Position numbers and translations under genes: made by a program. The notes beneath the pieces were generated by a model that was not told the origin of the DNA, did not search any database, and was given only the letters and a program-made list of their open reading frames with translations. Positions 58,130 to 64,000 of a DNA stretch of 64,000 nt are shown in pieces; position 1 is the first letter of the stretch; every line of letters begins with the position of its first letter. This DNA comes from Candidatus Saccharimonadota bacterium (GTDB lineage Bacteria; Patescibacteriota; Saccharimonadia; Saccharimonadales; AWTP1-31): assembly GCA_003962975.1 (NCBI GenBank), contig RXKC01000007.1, forward strand, positions 26,711-90,710, given 5' to 3'.

Positions 58130-61100
58130 CTAAAGCCCAAATACCTTTCTCAGTGTGTTGAGTACTATGTTCAATACACTATCTGAGGCACGGCCGATAA
58201 TAGCAGCCTGCGGCTTGGTTGTTGAAGCGTTGTTTGATTTGTCTCGCGATACCGGCATGATGCTATAGACTCGGCTTGGCGGCAAGTCAGAAACAATAAC
58301 TAAGTGCTCGGTCGTAAGCTGAGCATCTTCGGCGGTACGATTGTTAAATACCGTAACTGCTGAACCTTCGGCGTAGGCTACTTGGCTTGTGGAAGGCTCA
58401 TCTGTCTTCCAGGAAACAACGATTTGTCCGCGGGCCTCTGCACCCGTACCACGAATAGTTGGCTCGATAACCACATCAAAGACATTCGGTGGACGAGTAT
58501 CTAGCGCTGTCTTGAAAACTTGACGATCTGATACAGCTAGGTTACCACTGGCGTCACGCCCCTGGGCGATTAAGAAGTACTCACTATTATCTTCAAGTCC
58601 ACGAATGACCATTTCATGCATGGTCTTTAGCTCCTGAGATTGAACAATCGTACCATCGGTGCCAACCTTGCCATATTGCACGATCGAATTTGTCGGGATA
58701 TTAGTCGTCCAGGTAACTTGCTGAGTACTAGTCGGCTCACCAATAAGTGGCTGAAAACGCAGATTACTAATTGCTGGTCGTGGTGGAGTGGTGAAAGAGA
58801 ATATACTGCTCTGATATTTACCGCCTTCTGTATCTTGCATGACTAAGCGGTACAGATACTTCGTGCCGTCGTCCAGGCCATTCAACTCAAGTTCATAGGT
58901 CGATTCGCTGAGGGCAGTATTTATTGATTTTACGCCGCCAAATGAATCGGTTCGCCCGTACTGCAACTCAACTTTTACGGCGTCCTTGACAGTAAACTGC
59001 AGTGTTACGGTCGATAAGCTGACAGAAAGTGTGTCCACCTCTTTCAATACAGGAGCGGGCGCAGTCGTAAAGCTATATTCTTGACTTACTCCGGTGTTAC
59101 CGTCGGTGTCGGTCCAACGTGCCTGGAAGTAATAGGTTGTCCCGGCAGCTAAGTTGTCTAGGTCCAGCTTATGAGCTGTCACTTGTGATGAATTACCAAT
59201 TTCTGACGGACTGTATTCACCGCTAGTCACTCCAATGGCAATCTTACTGTCGGAAGCTCTATCTGTAGACCACGTGATTGTTGCCCGCTTAGTAGTGACA
59301 CCACTAACTACTGGTTCACTGGTCATTGCAGCAGGTTCCGTAAACTTACCCGTTGGAATCATCGAGGCAACTCCCGTAAATGCTCCGCAGTTATTGGCGC
59401 TATCGCAGGCTCGCACCTTATAGTAATACTCTACCTGGCTTAAGCCACCGTCGACAAAAGATGTGCCGCTACTAGATCCAACTTGAGTAAAGTTACTGTT
59501 ATCAGTGGAACGGAAAACTCGGTAGCTGCTTACACCAGCGCCGACATTTGCCGGTGCATCCCATGTTACCGCCAACCTCCAGTTGCTGGTTGCCTTCACA
59601 GACACATCAGCTGCATCTATATTAGTTGGTATTCCTGGCGCCGGGGTGTTAGCTGTAAACGTTACGCTCGCATAGCTCGAATAGTTAATTGCTCCAAAGT
59701 CATCTTTACCTACGACATAGAGAGTGTTCGACCCAGGCTGGGTTGCATACGGTCCATCGGGCAAACTAGTTACTCCAGCAGCCGTAAAGTTACAGTTACT
59801 TACATTAGGCAGGGTATTAACGACGTAACAGTATGTCAGCCTATCTGGTTGGCCTGTGGTCGTATTAAAGGTAGCCGGTGCATCCCAAGAAAATTCGAAT
59901 TCGTTAGTCGTATTAGTGGCAGGAGTTGCTGTAAGGTTCTGCGGCTCACTCGGTGCACCAGTCGTATTAATACGCAGTACTGCCGTGACGTAGCTATTTG
60001 TCACGTTACCGGCGGCATCCCATGTTCTAAAGTAGACAGTATTGATGCCGTCGACAAGATTATCAAAGTCCGGCGGGTCAACGGTTGTATAGTTGCCGTC
60101 ACCGACCGTCAGCAGGTCATTGATATCGCCGGCGCCAGTATGATCTTCGCCGTACCATGCAGTGTTGCCAATTCGATATTGCAAGCCCGCTACTCCAGAG
60201 TTTGCATCACTAGCTGCATCTCCCCCAGTGGTTGGCCAAGTTATTGTTGCTGTTTTGGTATTTATAAATCCAGAAGGTGCTGATACATACCCCGGGTTAG
60301 CTGGTGCTGTATTGTCGAATCTAAACTGGAATTGTTCCGAGGTCGAAGCAACATTACCAGCTTTATCTATCGCCTTGATATTGAGGTAGTACGGCGTGTT
60401 TGAACTGGACAGTGCGGTTCCTAGCAGTCCAGACGTTGCCAAATCGAGGCTCGTACCAGACACGGCAAACTGACACGCCGAATTGGTATCTATCGGGCTG
60501 GCACCGAGTAATCCTTTGCTCGTTTCAGGATCATCGCTAGAAGAGTGGCCAAGGTATAGACAATATCCCAAGATGCCTGCCCCGCTATCAGTTCCAGCCG
60601 TCCAGGTAAAGTATGGCGAGGCTCCGTTGGTCCATGCATTTGAATTTAAACTAGTCCCACCATTCGACTTGAAGGCTAGAATGTTCGAAGCATTAGTATC
60701 CGGCCCATTATTATCTGCATTAGCGCCCAGTTCAACTGAATTTACAGTAACCTGCTGATTGCCATCCCCTTTAAGCAATGCCTGCCACATTAAACCGTCA
60801 AAGGTCACCGGAAAATCACCTATGTTTGCATTGATCACGGAAGCAGCATTAGCGTCTGACACACTACTTGATAGGACCCAAGCTGATCCATTCCAGTACT
60901 TCCAGGTATTGCCTTCGTTATCACTCAGGCGATAGGTTATTGCTCCGCCGTTAGTGATCTCACTAGTAGTGAAGCTGTCCCAGTCTTGCACCCCAGACTT
61001 GCGCACAGCCGACGACAACACAACACCTTGGTGTGTATTTGCATACGGCCTACTATTAAAACTCGTCCGGGCTGTATTACTTATCCTAATTTCATCTAAA

Positions 61101-63496
61101 GTTCCCGCAAAGTAGTCCGCCCCATCTCCTGCAACCTTACTGCCGTATCCTCGACCGATCAGTAGCGGGAGGTCATTATCTACGGTACTCGTGCTCACTG
61201 TTGCCGTTGTTTCTAGGGTGCCATCAATGTAGATTTTTACCGTCGCGCCATCCAGCACTACCGCATAGTGGTGCCAATTTGTATCAAAAGAAGTGGTCGT
61301 CGACTCAGCATAGCCATTTGCACCGTATGAATATACTAACGCGTCTTGGTTCTGGCTAAGGCCAGTACCGGCATATAGTTTCCCCTTATAACTAGAAAGT
61401 GTATAAATTGCCTCAATAGTTGCGCCCCAGCTACTGTTTATTCCGTCTCCTGCTATCTGTGTCCATGTACTGCCATTGTACGTATATATATCCCCCGCAC
61501 CTGTATTGCTAAAGCCTGCTTGGCGCATTCCCGCGACCAGCACACCGTTGTATACCGTAATCGCAGATACATGGGAATAGCTTCCATTCTGCCAACTAGA
61601 ATTGAGACCACCCCCACTAATCTGAGTCCAGGTACTACCATCCCACTTCCAGACATTTGCTAACAGATTTGTGGCATCGCTATAGCCGACATACAGATCA
61701 TCGTTGTATACACCCATAGAGTTCACCTCGACAGTGTTAGCCACTGTTGGCCAACTGCCGTTTACGCCATCACCGGCAATCTTCGTCCAAGACGAACCGT
61801 TATAACACCACACATGAGCAGCTCCACCATACCGGCCGTTAGATGCGCATAACTGATTACGAAATACTGTTAAAGCACCGACATCTGTAGCAGCCCAGGT
61901 ACCGGCTATCCCTGTTCCACCAATCCTCGTCCAACTTGTATCGTTATACTCCCAAACCCATGCCGTATTGCTGGTTCCACCCATACCGGCATACAGTTTG
62001 CCGTTGTACACTGCTAATGAGCTTAGTTGCAGCACGTTATTCCAGCTAGTATTCACACCATCACCACCAATCTTAGTCCAAACAGTACCATTCCAGCTGT
62101 ATACATCTGAATCGCTTCCGTTACCAGAGCCGAGTCCAACTATAAGAGCCCCCTTATAAGAGGTCATTGATGCGACAGTTTCGTACGTGTTGCCGGGCCA
62201 GGCACCGTTACTATTCAACCCAAAACCACCGCCAATCATGCGGGCCGTGTTCCCATCCCACTCATAAACATAAGCGTTATTTGCACCACCTAGGACGCCA
62301 ACATATAGCTTGCCGTTGTGGACGGTGCTTGATACCACAGCCGCTGATCCAAAATCCGACCAGCTATTATTGAGGTAACTCCCTCCGATTAGCGTCCAAG
62401 CATTTGAACCATTCCATGTATGTATTGCCGGATACACGTTTGCGTTTGCAGATGGCGCAGCAAAAAGCGTTGATCCAACAAACTGAAGGCCAAAAACCTT
62501 GTCATATGCTGCAGCCGTCCAGCTATTTGCCACTGCTGTACCGCCAATCCTTGTCCAAGAGCTACCATTCCAACGCCACAACTCACCACCTGACATATAC
62601 GTACCTACATATAGGTTAGTTCCGTCATCAGTCATACTTAGTATCTGAGTTGCTGTAAACGAGCTGTTCACGCCATCGCCGCCAACTTTAGTCCAAGTAC
62701 CACCGTTCCAACGCCATACCTCACCATCACCTGGTGCCGTTAAGCCTAATCCAGCATAAAGCATCCCGTCAACATGACGCAGCGTCATAACTGATTCATA
62801 GTCAGTACCCCAGCCACTATTCAAGCCATCGCCACCGATTTGCGCCCAAGCACTACCGTTCCAACGCCATACATCAGCATCACCAGCACTTGTACCAAGT
62901 CCTGCATACAAGTTTGTACCGTCGGATGCCAAAGACAATACCTGCTCAAACGTACTCGCTGCCCAGCTACCATTCAAACCATCGCCGCCAACTTGCGTCC
63001 ATGACGTACCGCCGTTATGTCGCCACAAGTCACCGCCCGCTACCGCGTCACCCATACCGGCATATAAGACACCGTTGTGAAAAGCAAGAGATCGAACCGT
63101 ATGATACGCATTGGAGTAACCCAGACCATCCCCGGCAATCTTAGTCCAGCTTGTGCAGTTTGTAGTAGTATTACAGCTCCAAACTTCTCCATCACCAGCG
63201 TTATTGCCTAACCCGGCATAGAGAATATTATTGTGCCAAGTCATCGAGTATACGCCTTCGTACACTTGATCGGGCCAGCTACCGTTTACTCCATCGCCAC
63301 CGATCTTGTTCCAGGTAGTGCCGTTCCACTTCCAGACCTCTGCATCGCCCGCACTTACACCAAGCCCCGCATAGTAGTTAGTGCCGTCAGTTGCTGATGA
63401 ATCTACCTCATAGTGCCCAAACGACCAACTGCCGTTCGTATCACCACCCATCTGTTTGGTCCAGCTGTTATTGGTATTACTCTGGGCTTCGTACAC
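58130..63496 (-). CDS. Giant secreted multidomain protein (1788-aa portion): W/G-rich beta-propeller-like repeats, LamG-like lectin domain, multiple FN3-like domains
   Basis: At least 13 tandem repeats of the form YAGLG..GDGEVWRWNG..W..IGGDGVN.SW. A LamG domain (VKIYIDGTLETTA...FAGTLDEIRISN) and FN3-like segments (NLTATPATNT..FSWDAP; YRVFRSTDNSNF). It is in frame with the upstream signal-peptide ORF across one TGA. Confidence 0.8.
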   Translation of the reverse strand: MYEAQSNTNNSWTKQMGGDTNGSWSFGHYEVDSSATDGTNYYAGLGVSAGDAEVWKWNGTTWNKIGGDGVNGSWPDQVYEGVYSMTWHNNILYAGLGNNAGDGEVWSCNTTTNCTSWTKIAGDGLGYSNAYHTVRSLAFHNGVLYAGMGDAVAGGDLWRHNGGTSWTQVGGDGLNGSWAASTFEQVLSLASDGTNLYAGLGTSAGDADVWRWNGSAWAQIGGDGLNSGWGTDYESVMTLRHVDGMLYAGLGLTAPGDGEVWRWNGGTWTKVGGDGVNSSFTATQILSMTDDGTNLYVGTYMSGGELWRWNGSSWTRIGGTAVANSWTAAAYDKVFGLQFVGSTLFAAPSANANVYPAIHTWNGSNAWTLIGGSYLNNSWSDFGSAAVVSSTVHNGKLYVGVLGGANNAYVYEWDGNTARMIGGGFGLNSNGAWPGNTYETVASMTSYKGALIVGLGSGNGSDSDVYSWNGTVWTKIGGDGVNTSWNNVLQLSSLAVYNGKLYAGMGGTSNTAWVWEYNDTSWTRIGGTGIAGTWAATDVGALTVFRNQLCASNGRYGGAAHVWCYNGSSWTKIAGDGVNGSWPTVANTVEVNSMGVYNDDLYVGYSDATNLLANVWKWDGSTWTQISGGGLNSSWQNGSYSHVSAITVYNGVLVAGMRQAGFSNTGAGDIYTYNGSTWTQIAGDGINSSWGATIEAIYTLSSYKGKLYAGTGLSQNQDALVYSYGANGYAESTTTSFDTNWHHYAVVLDGATVKIYIDGTLETTATVSTSTVDNDLPLLIGRGYGSKVAGDGADYFAGTLDEIRISNTARTSFNSRPYANTHQGVVLSSAVRKSGVQDWDSFTTSEITNGGAITYRLSDNEGNTWKYWNGSAWVLSSSVSDANAASVINANIGDFPVTFDGLMWQALLKGDGNQQVTVNSVELGANADNNGPDTNASNILAFKSNGGTSLNSNAWTNGASPYFTWTAGTDSGAGILGYCLYLGHSSSDDPETSKGLLGASPIDTNSACQFAVSGTSLDLATSGLLGTALSSSNTPYYLNIKAIDKAGNVASTSEQFQFRFDNTAPANPGYVSAPSGFINTKTATITWPTTGGDAASDANSGVAGLQYRIGNTAWYGEDHTGAGDINDLLTVGDGNYTTVDPPDFDNLVDGINTVYFRTWDAAGNVTNSYVTAVLRINTTGAPSEPQNLTATPATNTTNEFEFSWDAPATFNTTTGQPDRLTYCYVVNTLPNVSNCNFTAAGVTSLPDGPYATQPGSNTLYVVGKDDFGAINYSSYASVTFTANTPAPGIPTNIDAADVSVKATSNWRLAVTWDAPANVGAGVSSYRVFRSTDNSNFTQVGSSSGTSFVDGGLSQVEYYYKVRACDSANNCGAFTGVASMIPTGKFTEPAAMTSEPVVSGVTTKRATITWSTDRASDSKIAIGVTSGEYSPSEIGNSSQVTAHKLDLDNLAAGTTYYFQARWTDTDGNTGVSQEYSFTTAPAPVLKEVDTLSVSLSTVTLQFTVKDAVKVELQYGRTDSFGGVKSINTALSESTYELELNGLDDGTKYLYRLVMQDTEGGKYQSSIFSFTTPPRPAISNLRFQPLIGEPTSTQQVTWTTNIPTNSIVQYGKVGTDGTIVQSQELKTMHEMVIRGLEDNSEYFLIAQGRDASGNLAVSDRQVFKTALDTRPPNVFDVVIEPTIRGTGAEARGQIVVSWKTDEPSTSQVAYAEGSAVTVFNNRTAEDAQLTTEHLVIVSDLPPSRVYSIMPVSRDKSNNASTTKPQAAIIGRASDSVLNIVLNTLRKVFGL
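60400..63450 (-). repeat. Coding tandem-repeat array (about 50-75-aa period) inside the giant gene
   Basis: Reiterated W-x-W-N-G / I-G-G-D-G-x-N-x-S-W peptide motif seen throughout the first ~1000 residues. Confidence 0.55.
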
Positions 63497-63547
63497 TAAT
63501 TTTCCCGAGGACCGGTCTAGATTAACTCGATGTGAACCCTTATCTAG

Positions 63548-63973
63548 TCAGGTTTGGGAGGTACTCGAGTTATTATTGAAAGTACTACTAGGCTTAAACC
63601 AGCCTTCAATAGTCTGTTGGCTACCAAGAGATAACGAGCCAGAATCTTGAACAGATACAGACTGGCTCGTACCATTTAATGTCAGTCCGTTGTTCATTCT
63701 TCCTGAACCCCAACTAGGACTGCCCACAGTTGAGCCGTTATTAGCATTAGAGGAACTATCAGTTACCGTCGTACCGCTCGTACTGTTCATGTGCGCCAAA
63801 AAACCTGTTAGTGAATCACTGCTGTATTCTTGGGCTTTCAGGCGAGCACTATTGCCGTTAAATTCAACCCCAGCGTCAAGTGCATACTCACTCTGACTGC
63901 TAAAGTCCCAGGTATTTGTGAGGTCTGCTGCCAAAGCAATCCGAACGGTACTAAACACCATCAGCCCAACCAC
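63548..63973 (-). CDS. Signal-peptide-bearing N-terminal segment of the giant protein gene, separated from the body by a single in-frame TGA; may extend beyond the window edge
   Basis: MVGLMVFSTVRIALAADL signal peptide, Ser/Thr/Asn-rich. Same reading frame as 58130..63496 (coordinate difference divisible by 3). No stop between 63973 and the window end at 64000. Confidence 0.6.
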   Translation of the reverse strand: MVGLMVFSTVRIALAADLTNTWDFSSQSEYALDAGVEFNGNSARLKAQEYSSDSLTGFLAHMNSTSGTTVTDSSSNANNGSTVGSPSWGSGRMNNGLTLNGTSQSVSVQDSGSLSLGSQQTIEGWFKPSSTFNNNSSTSQT

Positions 63974-64000
63974 CAGTAAGTAAGATCCAAGGGTTCCATA

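Noticed and set aside
59483-60283. 266-aa Cys/Arg-rich plus-strand ORF
   Set aside because: It is entirely antisense to the giant surface-protein gene. The composition reflects the reverse complement of the repeat codons.
63548-63550. UGA reassigned to a sense codon (genetic code 25, as in Gracilibacteria/SR1)
   Set aside because: prfA terminates with TGA. An RF2 gene (SPF motif) is present. All housekeeping genes give full-length products under the standard code.

Overview
The window is a gene-dense chromosomal segment in which nearly every gene is on the minus strand, and many have ATGA-type 4-nt start/stop overlaps, indicating operons. Content is dominated by housekeeping genes with the flavour of a reduced-genome, monoderm-like bacterium. 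Likely a Candidate Phyla Radiation / Saccharibacteria-like organism using the standard genetic code: prfA ends in TGA and an RF2 gene is present.

Recognisable genes: mraZ, a GH1 beta-glucosidase, def, rnhA, glyQS, recO, xseAB, rpmA, pyrG, an S41 C-terminal protease (ctp), ftsE and ftsX followed by a PcsB-like coiled-coil/CHAP hydrolase, prfB, an M16 peptidase, secA, hpf, serS, rsmE, a sortase, msrA, class I lysyl-tRNA ligase, a CsaA-like tRNA-binding protein, greA, proS, a CPBP protease, rseP, uppS, frr, tsf, rpsB, rpmE, prfA, prmC, htrA, lepB, parAB, and three FtsX/MacB-type ABC modules.

Most notable items:
- A heliorhodopsin-like seven-TM protein with the SLVAKSALAW retinal-lysine helix.
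- A gene of more than 5.8 kb for a giant secreted multidomain protein (W/G-rich beta-propeller-like repeats, a LamG domain, FN3 domains). Its signal-peptide-bearing N-terminal part is separated from the 1788-aa body by one in-frame TGA, and the gene is translationally coupled to a MacB-like ABC exporter.
- An array of four 10-bp-phased GTGGGTA (MraZ-box-like) repeats plus three DnaA-box-like TTATCCACA motifs upstream of mraZ.
- A degenerate 'dead' two-component pair (ATPase-degenerate histidine-kinase-like protein plus a receiver with Glu at the phospho-acceptor position) in an operon with recO.
- Two adjacent genes of unknown function with identical promoter-like sequence and palindromic operators.
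- The conserved tsf-pyrH-frr cluster with a GC-rich 91-aa ORF where pyrH is expected.

No rRNA, tRNA, CRISPR array or obvious mobile element was found.
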